Below are positions 28,495 to 38,763 of a stretch of DNA of 64,000 nucleotides, piece by piece. The stretch is from Candidatus Berkelbacteria bacterium. Its GTDB lineage: Bacteria > Patescibacteriota > UBA1384 > 2-12-FULL-50-11. The DNA lies in assembly GCA_016432625.1 (NCBI GenBank), contig CP066697.1, positions 215,363 to 279,362 of the forward strand, in the 5' to 3' direction. The notes under the pieces were generated by a model, which was not told the origin of the DNA, searched no databases, and was given only the letters and a program-made list of their open reading frames with translations. Positions within the stretch are counted from its first letter, which is position 1. Every line of letters begins with the position of its first letter. Both the position numbers and the translations under genes were made by a program.

Positions 28495-29556
28495 ATGGAG
28501 ATTGGAATCGTTGGTTTGCCGAACGTTGGTAAATCATCATTATTTAATGCGCTCACAAAAGCCGGCGCCGAGGCGCAGAACTTTCCGTTCACTACTATCG
28601 AACCAAATGTCGGCATCGTCGAGGTGCCCGACGAGCGGCTGAGCTTTTTAACAGAAAAATTTAAGGCAGCAAAAACCGTCCCGGCAACAATTAAGTTTGT
28701 TGATATCGCGGGACTTGTTAAAGGCGCGTCGCAGGGTGAGGGACTGGGCAATAAGTTCCTGAGCCATATTCGCTCCGTTGATGCGATTGCGGAGGTGGTG
28801 CGGGTTTTCGACGATCCGCAAGTAACGCATGTTCATGGCGGCGTCGACCCTGGTAATGATATCTCAACGATTAACACTGAACTCTTGCTAGCTGACTTAG
28901 AACAAGCTGACCGAGCGTTAACGGCCAACCAAGACAAAATCAAACGCGGCGAGAAGGAAGCTGTTAGGCTGGGCACTTTACTTGAGCAAGCCGTCGCCTT
29001 ATTCAACGACAACAAACCGCTTCGAACTAACCCCGAACTCGCAAAGTCGCTACGCGATTTTCAATTCCTCAGCGCTAAGCCGCTATTATACGTCGCAAAC
29101 ACTGACGAAAAATCAGCTGACGTTAGCGCCGTCGAAACACACGCCCAAAACGAGCAGGCAAAAGTCGTGGCGATTAATGTTAAAGCCGAGCAAGAAATAG
29201 TTGAACTTCCTAGTGGAGAGCAGCTCGAATATCGTGAGGGGCTAGGTCTGAAGTCTGGGTTAGAAGAGGTAATTAAAGCCGGCTACGAGCTACTAGGATT
29301 AATTACTTTCTTTACCGCTGGACCAGACGAATCTCGTGCTTGGACGATCGCGAAAGGTACTAAGGCACCGCAGGCCGCCGGCAAAATTCACACCGATTTT
29401 GAGCATGGCTTTATACGCGCCCAAGTTTATACCTTTGAAGACATAAAAAAATTCGGCAGTGAGAAGGCGATTCGCGACGCCGGCAAACTACGTAGTGAGG
29501 GCAAGGAATATGTGATGCGCGACGGTGATGTAGTGGAGTTCCTGTTTAACGTGTAG
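28495..29556 (+). CDS. ychF: Redox-regulated ATPase YchF
   Basis: GIVGLPNVGKS, NFPFTTIEPN, DIAGLVKGAS.GEGLGN, EGKEY. Confidence 0.97.
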   Translation: MEIGIVGLPNVGKSSLFNALTKAGAEAQNFPFTTIEPNVGIVEVPDERLSFLTEKFKAAKTVPATIKFVDIAGLVKGASQGEGLGNKFLSHIRSVDAIAEVVRVFDDPQVTHVHGGVDPGNDISTINTELLLADLEQADRALTANQDKIKRGEKEAVRLGTLLEQAVALFNDNKPLRTNPELAKSLRDFQFLSAKPLLYVANTDEKSADVSAVETHAQNEQAKVVAINVKAEQEIVELPSGEQLEYREGLGLKSGLEEVIKAGYELLGLITFFTAGPDESRAWTIAKGTKAPQAAGKIHTDFEHGFIRAQVYTFEDIKKFGSEKAIRDAGKLRSEGKEYVMRDGDVVEFLFNV

Positions 29557-29565
29557 ATTTAGGTT

Positions 29566-30237
29566 ATGGTTATCGCAAGAGTTAGCCGTTTCTGTGAAGC
29601 GGTTCGCGATGTTGGCATCGCCCAACCTGTAAACTCTTGGACTTCGATTATTTTCTTTTGGGCGGTGGCGATTTTCCTTTGGCAGCACGCTGCGCGCAAT
29701 CAGCAATTTATTAATGGCAGTAAGCTCGTTAGCGTCTTATTTATTACGGTGGTTTTCCTGATCGGGGCAAGCTCGTTCTGGGGACACGCGACATTGAGTT
29801 TTTGGGGCGGAGTGGCGGATTTTTCTAGTATGTACCTGCTCGTGACATTGGCGGCGTTGCTTGGAATAAGCTGGTTCAAGCCGTGGCGAAATTCAACGTT
29901 AATTACCTGGTGGATTATCGTCAATATTCCGCTTTTTTACGTCGCTGGGCTCTCAGATGGGATAACCGACTATACATTTATGGCTTTAGTTTTTGTGGTT
30001 GTGATCTTGGAAGTTGTGGCGCTAAGCCGATTAAAGAAAATCGGCAGCCCTTATTTCTGGCTATCATTGACATCACTCGCCGTTGGCTACGGGGTCTGGC
30101 AACTGGATAGGCGAGGTATTTGGTGCAACCCGGAGAGCCTTTGGCAGGGTCACGGCCTCTGGCATCTTCTAACGGCTCTTGCTGCGGGCTTCCTTTATCT
30201 GTATTTGGCTGGAAAACCTGCAAATGAGTCGCGGTAA
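29566..30237 (+). CDS. Ceramidase-like (CREST superfamily) multi-TM hydrolase
   Basis: FCE...QPVNSW, SSFWGH, HGLWH motifs. Confidence 0.7.
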   Translation: MVIARVSRFCEAVRDVGIAQPVNSWTSIIFFWAVAIFLWQHAARNQQFINGSKLVSVLFITVVFLIGASSFWGHATLSFWGGVADFSSMYLLVTLAALLGISWFKPWRNSTLITWWIIVNIPLFYVAGLSDGITDYTFMALVFVVVILEVVALSRLKKIGSPYFWLSLTSLAVGYGVWQLDRRGIWCNPESLWQGHGLWHLLTALAAGFLYLYLAGKPANESR

Positions 30238-30937
30238 ATTTTGGGTTAGTGTTGCCGTTCTCGTTCTAGTTAACCTAATACCTCTCGCTGGAGTGAAGTA
30301 TTATGACTGGGATCTTGCGACGTTAATGTTTGGTTATTGGTTGGAGACGTTGGTGCTTTGCTTTTTCTCTGTAATAAAAATCCTTTGTTCTAAATCGCAG
30401 GACAGGAGGCCGGAGATCAAGGTCGAGGTTAATCCTCGCACTCTCCACTTCCGCTTGCGACCGATCGGGCGCTTCGAACACGCCGTGACGTTTCTTGCCT
30501 GGTCGGCGATATTCTTGCTAGTTCATCTGACGTTGATTTTCACCCTACTTTCTAACCAAACAGCGGGGCAATTTGGCTTCATTGAGGTGCGCACAATTGC
30601 GGAGTTCTTCTACCGAACTGACGCAAAATTCTTTCTGCTGGCCGTGTTCTTAAGCCATTTATTCTCTTTTGGAGTGAACTACATCGGCAAACAAGAAAAT
30701 TTGATCTTTTCTCCGAAAGAGCTAATGGTCCAGCCAATTCGACGAGTTATGGCACTGCATTTAGCGATATTAGGCGGCGCACTTATTCTGGCTCGTCTTG
30801 ATACATTGACGGGATTTCTGTGGATCCTGGTTATTCTCAAAATAATCCTAGACATTATCGCCCATCTCGAAGAGCACCGAATTGTGCCGCGCAGCACAGG
30901 CGACGATTTGGTGACAGATATCGGTCGCAATATGTAA
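30224..30937 (+). CDS. Membrane protein (DUF6498-like)
   Basis: NLIPLAGV...WD...YWLE...P.RRV..LH; start at MSRGKF inferred. Confidence 0.6.
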   Translation: MSRGKFWVSVAVLVLVNLIPLAGVKYYDWDLATLMFGYWLETLVLCFFSVIKILCSKSQDRRPEIKVEVNPRTLHFRLRPIGRFEHAVTFLAWSAIFLLVHLTLIFTLLSNQTAGQFGFIEVRTIAEFFYRTDAKFFLLAVFLSHLFSFGVNYIGKQENLIFSPKELMVQPIRRVMALHLAILGGALILARLDTLTGFLWILVILKIILDIIAHLEEHRIVPRSTGDDLVTDIGRNM

Positions 30938-30950
30938 GCTCGCCGCGCTG

Positions 30951-31631
30951 TTAGAAATGAAGGAGGTTGTGGTGTTTTTTGAGCCACCGCTCTGAGGCTT
31001 TGTAGTTTTTGTCGTAGCTCTCGACTAACGCCCAAAACCGCTCTGAGTGATTCATATGGGTTAAGTGTGATAGCTCGTGGTAGATAACGTAGTCGCTGAC
31101 GCTGTCCGGTGCCATAATCAGTCGCCAGTTGAGCGATAACGTGTTGCGACTTGAGCACGAGCCCCATCGTGTTCGTTGGTCACGGATCGTGACTTTAACT
31201 ACGTCTCGACCAACTAAATCTGCTAGCAGCGGTACGCGTTCACGAAACCGTTTTTCCGCCTCACGACGGTAAAATTTTTCTAAAATTTTCCGGACGGTAT
31301 CATGATCCTCAGCTAGACTTGAAACGATGAAAGATCGCCCGTCTATTTTTACCCCGGATTTAACGTCGTTCGAAACGTTGAGGCGAAAATCATATTCCTG
31401 ACCACGAAAGAAAAGTTTCTCTTGCTCGGCGGTTAGTTTATTTAACCTAGTCGTGGCCTCAGACAATTTTTCTTCAATCCAGTTTTCGTGCTCTAAAATG
31501 AAGTCTTCAATCAACTTTTGAGGCGCCCTTAAGGGTGCGGTCACTACTACTGAGCCGTCGTGAAAAACCTTTAGGCGTAAGTGACGGGACCGGCGTAGGC
31601 GTTTAACTTTAATCCGGTCTGGCATCTTCAT
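30951..31631 (-). CDS. YgjP/DUF45 zinc metallopeptidase-like protein
   Basis: RWGSCS, LNWRL, YVIYHELSHL.HMNHS.RFW. Confidence 0.9.
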   Translation of the reverse strand: MKMPDRIKVKRLRRSRHLRLKVFHDGSVVVTAPLRAPQKLIEDFILEHENWIEEKLSEATTRLNKLTAEQEKLFFRGQEYDFRLNVSNDVKSGVKIDGRSFIVSSLAEDHDTVRKILEKFYRREAEKRFRERVPLLADLVGRDVVKVTIRDQRTRWGSCSSRNTLSLNWRLIMAPDSVSDYVIYHELSHLTHMNHSERFWALVESYDKNYKASERWLKKHHNLLHF

Positions 31632-32928
31632 TTTGTAGTTTTAGCGCATTCGCTTGTCGACGCCAAAATAAAATCCGCTGAATAACAATCGCTAAGCCCA
31701 TCATTCCCACGCCGAATAACGACAAGAGGAGGTAAGCAACTGTTTCTTTTTGTTCGCCCAGCATCACAAAAGCCGGCAGGTTTAGGATTTGCTCAATCTT
31801 ACTCTCGGTCTTTTCGCCGTTACTGTTCGTGGTGCGTGATGAGACTGGGTTACTGGCGTACTCTGGTTGGTTTTTAGGGCTATCGGTCGTTGGCGAGGTG
31901 GTTGCTGAACTGCTATTAGCGTTCTCGCTGGTCTTAGTAGTAGTTTCGGTGGAGCCTGAGCTACTCTGCCCGCCACCGTTGCTCCCAGAGTTACTGTTCG
32001 CGCCCTTTACAGAAGAAGCGAACTGATCTTGTGAGGCAGGGCTAGAATTAATTCTCATATCAAACTGCGGATAAGCGACGCTCCACCAAGTTAAGCCCTT
32101 TATTTTAGGAAACCCTGTTTCTAGATCGTCAAACATTTCTTTTATCCACTGCGCCTTACTTCCCCCTTGTTCAACCGAGCCAATTTCCATAATCAACATG
32201 TCTTTGTTGGTGACAGCAAGCATCTCATTGTAGGAACTCTCAAAAAGCTGACGGAAACTGAGCCAAGGGGCGCCATTGGTGCTACTAAAGTTGTAACCAT
32301 CAAAGCCGGTGAAATCGACGTAATCGTCGCCCGGGTACATTGAAGCATAGGTTGCGGCGCCGCCAAACGGACGAATATTGGGCGACCAGACCCATTTAAC
32401 ATTATTTGTCCCAGCCTCACGGAACTTGTTGATGACGTATCGCCAGAAAGTCTTGTGGTTCTCGGTGTTATTGCCAACTTTGCCGATTCCCCACGGATTC
32501 CAATCACCGTTCATCTCTGCGGCAAGCGAGATGCGAACTTCGAAACCTAACGACTTAATGACTTGGGCGTAAGAATTGATGTAGTTGTCGTACTGACCGC
32601 TTGTGACGTCGTCGTACGAGACACCAACGTAATCAGAGCCGACTTTATACATGGGTTGCCAACTGAGTTCTGGCAGGTAACCGTTGCTGTGGTAATTTCT
32701 GGCGATATTTTGGTTAAGTTCCTGGTCCCAGTTTTGATACCACTTTAATGAGTAGAACTTAATTCCCATTTGTGCCTCGAAACTTGTCACCGGAGTAATG
32801 TCTGGGGCGCCATGCATCCAAAGGTTGACCTCAACCCTAGTTGGCTGGTGACTCGCGAGCACCCTTTTAGGGTTGGGCGACCAACACAATATTGCGAGGA
32901 GACATAAGAATACTGCGATTACTCTCAT
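31609..32928 (-). CDS. Glycoside hydrolase family 26-like protein with C-terminal TM anchor
   Basis: EMNGDWNPW, NVKWVWSPN, YPGDDYVD..GFDGYN, EIG; start moved to MRVIAV (track extension covers tRNA-Asp). Confidence 0.85.
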   Translation of the reverse strand: MRVIAVFLCLLAILCWSPNPKRVLASHQPTRVEVNLWMHGAPDITPVTSFEAQMGIKFYSLKWYQNWDQELNQNIARNYHSNGYLPELSWQPMYKVGSDYVGVSYDDVTSGQYDNYINSYAQVIKSLGFEVRISLAAEMNGDWNPWGIGKVGNNTENHKTFWRYVINKFREAGTNNVKWVWSPNIRPFGGAATYASMYPGDDYVDFTGFDGYNFSSTNGAPWLSFRQLFESSYNEMLAVTNKDMLIMEIGSVEQGGSKAQWIKEMFDDLETGFPKIKGLTWWSVAYPQFDMRINSSPASQDQFASSVKGANSNSGSNGGGQSSSGSTETTTKTSENANSSSATTSPTTDSPKNQPEYASNPVSSRTTNSNGEKTESKIEQILNLPAFVMLGEQKETVAYLLLSLFGVGMMGLAIVIQRILFWRRQANALKLQNEDARPD

Positions 32929-32965
32929 CCTCTGATGATAGCTGCTTTTGAGATTGGCTGCGCTG

Positions 32966-33039
32966 CGCAGTGGACGGGACTTGAACCCGCGACCCCCGCC
33001 GTGACAGGGCGGTGCTCTAACCAACTGAGCTACCACTGC
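32966..33039 (-). tRNA. tRNA-Asp(GTC)
   Basis: GCAGTGGTAGCTCAGTTGGTTAGAGC...CTGTCAC...GTTCAAGTCCCGTCCACTGCG. Confidence 0.95.
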
Positions 33040-33085
33040 AAGCTTTGTTATTTTCCCAAAATTTACTTACAAAATCCAGGAGAGA

Positions 33086-34108
33086 TCAGGTTTTGACGTA
33101 GCGCTTAAGGCGGTATTTGCTGAGCTGTTGCTTGTACCATTCTTCGTACGTTTGCAGGTTATCGCCGGACCTTTCCGTGACTTGAAGAATGTGAAAGCCA
33201 AAAGGCGATTGGATGAGCCCAGAAATTTGGTTGACCTGTTGGGCAAAAGCGGCTTCCTCAAATCCGGGCGAGATCTGAGCCGATAGCTCGCCCTTGCGCC
33301 AGTACCCTAGGTCCCCGCCAGAGTCTTTCGACTTGGCGTCCTGGCTGAACTCTTTGGCAACTTCGGCAAAATCACGTCCGGTGTCGAGCTGTTTCTTAGC
33401 TTCGTTGGCAACAGGTTGGGTAGAGATTAGGATGTGTCGCACTCGAACTTTGGTAAGCACGGCGTTCTTTACTTTTTCTTTAAGAAGTTGCTCGGCAATT
33501 ATTTCTTTAAAGTCGGCCAGATTCATGCCGTATAGCTCATCAATCTTCTTAGCGACATCTTCCGCCTTGCCCTGTTTCTCGAGCGCTTTAGTCAGCTCCT
33601 CCTCGGTCACCCGCAGCCCTCGTTGTTTTGCCTCCAGGACGATAACGCGGTCTTCAATCAGCCCTTCTAGCACCCGAGTTCGAAGCTCGGCGTCGGTCGG
33701 GGGCTTGAGGGCGGTGTCCTTTGGCACCTGATGGTTAAAGGTATTTAAAAAGCGCAGGCGTTCGAGAAACTTATGGCTCCAGATGAAGGAATTATTTACT
33801 TTTGCTGCTGGCAGAGGATAGAGGATAGCTAGTGTTTCCGTGAACGAGGTTTCGGATTTCTTCGGATAAATCAGAATGTAACCCAACAGGCCAAAAGCGG
33901 TATAAAGCACCAAAACAGCAATCGCGATGTCAACGAATAGGGTCGAGGGGTTGTTAGTATGCCGGCGTACAAGTGCCTTGACGAATGGGAGGCGAACTTT
34001 CGCCCAACCCCAAACGATCACGTAAATGCGCTTCAGGAAGTCCCAAAAGAGCGCCAAGACGGCCTTGACTCTCTCTAGAAAAATCTGAACTGAGGAAAAT
34101 TTACCCAC
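33086..34108 (-). CDS. PrsA/SurA-like parvulin peptidyl-prolyl isomerase
   Basis: VRVRHIL, FAEVAKEFSQD, GGDLG, SPFGFHI. Confidence 0.9.
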   Translation of the reverse strand: MGKFSSVQIFLERVKAVLALFWDFLKRIYVIVWGWAKVRLPFVKALVRRHTNNPSTLFVDIAIAVLVLYTAFGLLGYILIYPKKSETSFTETLAILYPLPAAKVNNSFIWSHKFLERLRFLNTFNHQVPKDTALKPPTDAELRTRVLEGLIEDRVIVLEAKQRGLRVTEEELTKALEKQGKAEDVAKKIDELYGMNLADFKEIIAEQLLKEKVKNAVLTKVRVRHILISTQPVANEAKKQLDTGRDFAEVAKEFSQDAKSKDSGGDLGYWRKGELSAQISPGFEEAAFAQQVNQISGLIQSPFGFHILQVTERSGDNLQTYEEWYKQQLSKYRLKRYVKT

Positions 34109-34662
34109 AGTACTGCCCCCAGCACTACGATAACAGTGACCAGGGTGAAAACAAAGTGAGCGATCAGCGATCGCCGCTCACTTGTGGAAAAAAGCTGAAT
34201 CAACTGCCAAAAAGTATAGTAAATAATGAAACTTATCAGGCTATTTTCGAAGTAGGAGAACGGCCAATAGAGCAGCAAGCTATTTACCTGAGCAGTCAGG
34301 AACGCCAATACCAGCCAGTGGACAACATTGTCGCGCTCGATGGGCATTCGGTTTAGCCGCCGCAGAACCAGTCCCGAAGTGGTGATAAGGATAAAGACAA
34401 CCAAGGTTACGATTAATGGATGTAATAGCACGTAGGCTTGCCAGTAGTTTGCCAAAAGCAAAATGAAGAACGGGGTACCGATTAGCGGGTAGCTAGTTTG
34501 TCTGACGGCAGCGCTAAGAGCAATCACAGCTGCAGCAATGGATAGAGCGAACCGAGTTGAAGTTTGCGGTATAGTGTCCCAAACAACGGCGAGCGTTATA
34601 AAAGGCACGAGCCAGAAAAAAAGCGAGGCGTAGGGCGGATGAGCGGCTCTCATGTGAGACAC
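34075..34662 (-). CDS. Hypothetical multi-TM protein
   Basis: Long hydrophobic ORF in operon context. Confidence 0.7.
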   Translation of the reverse strand: MSHMRAAHPPYASLFFWLVPFITLAVVWDTIPQTSTRFALSIAAAVIALSAAVRQTSYPLIGTPFFILLLANYWQAYVLLHPLIVTLVVFILITTSGLVLRRLNRMPIERDNVVHWLVLAFLTAQVNSLLLYWPFSYFENSLISFIIYYTFWQLIQLFSTSERRSLIAHFVFTLVTVIVVLGAVLWVNFPQFRFF

Positions 34663-34692
34663 ATTACAGTAATTTACTGGTTGGTAGTAGAA

Positions 34693-36057
34693 CTATTTTG
34701 CTTTGTAGTTTGAGCCGACGGTTATAACAACCTTGGCCTGGCCGGGTCGCTCATCGGCCTTTCCTTTGGTCGGATTAATGCCGAACCGTTTTTTAAGCAA
34801 CGCAGTAGCGTATGGCGCGTCCTCGAAGTATTTAATAGTTGTCGTAAGCGAGACACTGCTTGCAACCTGGGTACTAGTGACGTTGTAGCCTAAGCTCTTA
34901 AGCTTAGTGGCGACGGCTTGTCCGGTACCAGTTTTGCCACTGGCGTCGATAATAACGACGCTGGCGTTTTCCTTAACGAGGTAAGGTTCAGGCAGGTAAG
35001 AATTAACGAATTCGATTACCTCAGTCCAGTCATTGTCGCCCTTCTTCGGCACCAGCACATAAGCGCCGCCTATTGTGGTACTTCGCAACACTCCGTCATT
35101 ACCATTTTCTAGAACAGCGGATTTAATTCTATCGCTTTTAGTATCTTTGATTAGTTTGTAGAGCTGGGATATCTGGTCGACAGTTAGATCGGTTCGCAAC
35201 CCCTTGCCAACGGCGGTGATGATTGAAGTAATTTTCTGCGGGTTTATAAATAGATTGGAGCTAACTATCTTATCTCTTAAAGCAATTACGACCTGCTGTT
35301 GTCGACGTGCCCGGCCAAAATCGCCACCGCAATTTCCACCGCGGCACCGAGCGTACTTGAGCGCGGTCTCGCCGTTTAAAGTCTTCATTCCCGCGCCGAT
35401 ACTAAACGGATCGTAGCCAGAATATGATCTATTCGGGAAATTGGGGTCACTGAGCGGCTTTTCGACGTAGACTTGGATGCCGCCGACCGTGTCGACGATT
35501 CGCTTCAAGCCGTCAAAGTCAATTTTGACAAAGTAACTCGTTTTAACGCCGACTAAGTCCTCGATCAGCTCGCTCAGACTCTCGGCGCCGTAGTCGATCT
35601 CCGGATCGCAAGTGGAAGTTTTACGCGGGCAATTTTTTGACGAATCTCGGTAGACTTCGTTAATGCGCGTTTTACGGTTCTTTGCTGGATTTGTGACATA
35701 TAAATCACGTGGGATGGAGAGCATGGCGATAGAATTATTGATTGGGTCGATAGAGGCGATTTGAATTGAGTCCGTCAAGCCGGCGGCGCTATCGACTCCG
35801 AGTAGTAGAATGTTAATGCGGCTCTCGCCTTCAGCTAGTACCTTGTCCGGGTCGATGTTACTGCCAAACTTAAAGAATGATGGTGTCTCGTCAGTGTTTT
35901 TGGCGGTAATGTTCTTGAGCGCTAATGCCCCAGTTACTCCAACCCACCCAGCGATGCCAATAATAATAATAACGACTCCCCAAAAAAATCGTTTCCAAAC
36001 TTTGCGCCGCCTGTTAGCGGGCTCGTCAACAGGGTTGATTACACGTCTGATTAACAT
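34693..36057 (-). CDS. LCP (LytR-CpsA-Psr) family protein with LytR_C domain
   Basis: NILLLGVD, TDSI, SIPRD, DFGRARRQQ; AGGAGG RBS before MLIRRV. Confidence 0.9.
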   Translation of the reverse strand: MLIRRVINPVDEPANRRRKVWKRFFWGVVIIIIGIAGWVGVTGALALKNITAKNTDETPSFFKFGSNIDPDKVLAEGESRINILLLGVDSAAGLTDSIQIASIDPINNSIAMLSIPRDLYVTNPAKNRKTRINEVYRDSSKNCPRKTSTCDPEIDYGAESLSELIEDLVGVKTSYFVKIDFDGLKRIVDTVGGIQVYVEKPLSDPNFPNRSYSGYDPFSIGAGMKTLNGETALKYARCRGGNCGGDFGRARRQQQVVIALRDKIVSSNLFINPQKITSIITAVGKGLRTDLTVDQISQLYKLIKDTKSDRIKSAVLENGNDGVLRSTTIGGAYVLVPKKGDNDWTEVIEFVNSYLPEPYLVKENASVVIIDASGKTGTGQAVATKLKSLGYNVTSTQVASSVSLTTTIKYFEDAPYATALLKKRFGINPTKGKADERPGQAKVVITVGSNYKAK

Positions 36058-36104
36058 GATGCTGCCTCCTACTGTAACACAGCCTGCGCCTAAGAGCACT
36101 CCTG

Positions 36105-36491
36105 TTAATCGCGAGGCGAGAAGTAGGTTGTGACGTCAAATTCTTCGCCCGACATTAGCCGTTCGGCGGCCTCGGAAATATCGGTTCCGGGTATGACGAT
36201 GACCGGCATGCGATAAAGCCAGTGCAGGGTATTTCCCGTCGTGGCGCCGATTCTAATTCCCGTGTACGAACCTGGCCCCTCAAGAACGGCGACGGCTTTT
36301 ATTTCGCCAATCTCAATATGGTTGTTATCAATTAGTTCTTCGACGATCGACTGTAACTCTTGGGCGCGGCGAGATTTTTCGCTAATTTTTACGGAACCAT
36401 TTTTTATCAACGCCACCGACGTTTTATCCTTTTCGGTAGTATTAAAAACCAAAATTGTTGGAAAATGTGATACGTCGTGTTTTATCATCAA
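36105..36491 (-). CDS. tsaB: t6A biosynthesis protein TsaB, short form
   Basis: GPGSYTGIRIG motif; adjacent to tsaE. Confidence 0.8.
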   Translation of the reverse strand: MMIKHDVSHFPTILVFNTTEKDKTSVALIKNGSVKISEKSRRAQELQSIVEELIDNNHIEIGEIKAVAVLEGPGSYTGIRIGATTGNTLHWLYRMPVIVIPGTDISEAAERLMSGEEFDVTTYFSPRD

Positions 36492-36867
36492 TTATTTCTA
36501 GCGATATAGTCTTAGCTTTTTTCGGAAGGTGTGCGGCGGCTATTTCTGGCCATTCAATAAAGGCGATCGTTCCTCGGTCGCCGATATGGTCCTGCCAGTC
36601 GAAGCTCTCTATTTCCTCTGCTGTCAGTCGGTAAAAATCGAGATGCAATACTTCCTTCACGCCTTGCCATTCGACGGGGTAGCGGCGCTCCAGCACGAAA
36701 GTTGGGCTACTAACCCTACCCGCGTAACCCATCGCTGCGACGAGGTGCTTAACTAAGCTTGTTTTCCCAGAAGCAAGTGGGCCCGAAAGAGCGATAACGT
36801 CGCCATCGTGCAGTGACCCAACTACCTTTTTTGCCACCGTCAAAAGGCCTTCCTCGTTAATTTCCAT
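36442..36867 (-). CDS. tsaE: t6A biosynthesis ATPase TsaE
   Basis: GPLASGKT, SSPTF, HLDFYRL, IEWP. Confidence 0.95.
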   Translation of the reverse strand: MEINEEGLLTVAKKVVGSLHDGDVIALSGPLASGKTSLVKHLVAAMGYAGRVSSPTFVLERRYPVEWQGVKEVLHLDFYRLTAEEIESFDWQDHIGDRGTIAFIEWPEIAAAHLPKKAKTISLEIIDDKTRRITFSNNFGF

Positions 36868-36919
36868 AGCCGTATTTTACTTTAGGGCTATCGTCTTACC
36901 AAATTAACCAAATTCAAGC

Positions 36920-37324
36920 TTGACCTATACTGCTAAAATCAACCAGATGGCGAATAAGGTTACTTTGCACGACTCTTTTATAGAACTAGTTTTTATAGGA
37001 GATCAGACAGAGAAGACTGTCCGTTCGATTTCAGAAAAAGCACGTCGATTGAGCGAGAAGCAGTGGAAAGGCGATCCGACACTTGTCCTTGTGAATTTAT
37101 ACAAAATGGGCAAATCTAGTTTCACTTCCCGCAGCGCGGCTTTGGAGGCGTTAAATGCCGCTCCATTTATTCGTATGGCAGTCTACGCAAACAGTGTTTT
37201 CTTACGACACGTCGCCGAGCTGATCATCCGAGCTGCACGCATGGGCGAAAAGATAAGAATCTTTACTGCCCGTGAGGAAGCAGTTCGTTGGTTAACTGGA
37301 GGCAACCATTTCAAAACAGAGTGA
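36920..37324 (+). CDS. STAS/SpoIIAA-like protein
   Basis: C-terminal F..REEA..WL pattern; upstream of a kinase; start may be MANKV. Confidence 0.6.
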   Translation: MTYTAKINQMANKVTLHDSFIELVFIGDQTEKTVRSISEKARRLSEKQWKGDPTLVLVNLYKMGKSSFTSRSAALEALNAAPFIRMAVYANSVFLRHVAELIIRAARMGEKIRIFTAREEAVRWLTGGNHFKTE

Positions 37325-37388
37325 CCGACAATCTAACGGTAAGTTAAAGGCTAAGTCTGATGCGCTGAAGCTTGAAAAGTATCGAGCG

Positions 37389-38732
37389 ATGACTCGCCGT
37401 CGCCTCGACGAGCTCACTGATGTGTTAGCTCAAATTTCTGTCGGTGACCTATCGGCCAACGTGCGAATTCCTAAAAAGGAAGATGAGTTTACTGATTTAT
37501 ACGTCGGCGTTCAGCTTATTCTCGAAGTTTTTCGCGAGAACATTAAGTATTTTGAAGCAGCCAACGAGGACCTTGCCAGGAATATCGAAAAAGTGGAGGC
37601 GTCTAGTTTAGTTATCGAGCAGGAAAAGGTAATCGACGAAGCGATTTTAGAAAGTATTGGTGAAGGATTAGTGGTGACCGATATCTCTGGCAAGATAATG
37701 GTAGTTAATCGACAAGCAGAGGAGATGTTCGGCATACCTTCGCGGGAGATGATCGGCAAGAAGTGGTCGAAGACCGTAAAGGCACGTTACCCGGATGGGG
37801 CGGAGCTAACCGATGAACAACGTCCGAGCCTACTGTCGATAACTAGACACCGCAAAGTAAACCATCCCCACCTTATTTTTTCGACTCGTCGTGTTAAAGA
37901 GCTCGCAGTGGCTATTACCTCGACGCCGATACTGATAGGTAAGACAGTCATCGGATCGGTCTCGGTTTTCCGCGATATCAAAGAAGAGCGCGAGATTGAT
38001 CTGGCTAAAACCGAGGTTATCTCATTTACTTCGCACCAGCTGCGCACCCCGCTCTCGGTTATCAACTGGTATAGCGAGGTGTTGCTGAAGGGTAATCGTG
38101 GCAAACTGACTCGTCCACAACACGAGTATCTAAAAGTTATTCATTTTACGACACGTAGAATGATTGAGCTGGTGAATACTTTCCTTAGTATTTCGCGGAT
38201 TCAGCTTGGGAAATTAGTTGTAGAGTATGCGCCAGTTGACGTACGAAAGGTTGTCACCGAAGTTTACAAGGAATTAATCCCTCAAGTGACGCAGCGTGAC
38301 CTTAAATTTACTACGCAGTTTGACGAAAAACTGCCAAAAATCATCTCCGACGCCAAGTTGTTACGGATTGTTTTCCAGAACCTATTTGGTAACGCGGTCA
38401 AGTACACTCCGGACAAGGGAAGCATTAGTGTCGAAGTTTCCGTGATTAGGCCGAAGGATAATTTGCCAATTAGTGAGGGAGTTTTGGTGGTTATCAGAGA
38501 CACTGGGTACGGCATTCCGAGAAAACAGCAAGACAAAGTATTTACTAAACTTTTCCGCGCCGAGAACGCCAAAATTATTGACACAGAAGGTGCGGGGCTA
38601 GGACTCTATATGGTCAAATCAATCCTAAATCATACGGGCGGCGATATTTGGTTACGCTCGCGGATTAATCGGGGGACGGTTTTCTTTGTGGTGTTGCCTC
38701 ATCAACCAAAAATTGAGGAGAAATCCCGTTGA
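37389..38732 (+). CDS. PAS-domain sensor histidine kinase
   Basis: PAS domain, SHQLRTPL, NLFGNAVKYT, DTGYGI, GAGLGL. Confidence 0.93.
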   Translation: MTRRRLDELTDVLAQISVGDLSANVRIPKKEDEFTDLYVGVQLILEVFRENIKYFEAANEDLARNIEKVEASSLVIEQEKVIDEAILESIGEGLVVTDISGKIMVVNRQAEEMFGIPSREMIGKKWSKTVKARYPDGAELTDEQRPSLLSITRHRKVNHPHLIFSTRRVKELAVAITSTPILIGKTVIGSVSVFRDIKEEREIDLAKTEVISFTSHQLRTPLSVINWYSEVLLKGNRGKLTRPQHEYLKVIHFTTRRMIELVNTFLSISRIQLGKLVVEYAPVDVRKVVTEVYKELIPQVTQRDLKFTTQFDEKLPKIISDAKLLRIVFQNLFGNAVKYTPDKGSISVEVSVIRPKDNLPISEGVLVVIRDTGYGIPRKQQDKVFTKLFRAENAKIIDTEGAGLGLYMVKSILNHTGGDIWLRSRINRGTVFFVVLPHQPKIEEKSR

Positions 38733-38763
38733 CAGGCCACAAGCTGAACGGTTGAATATCCAC

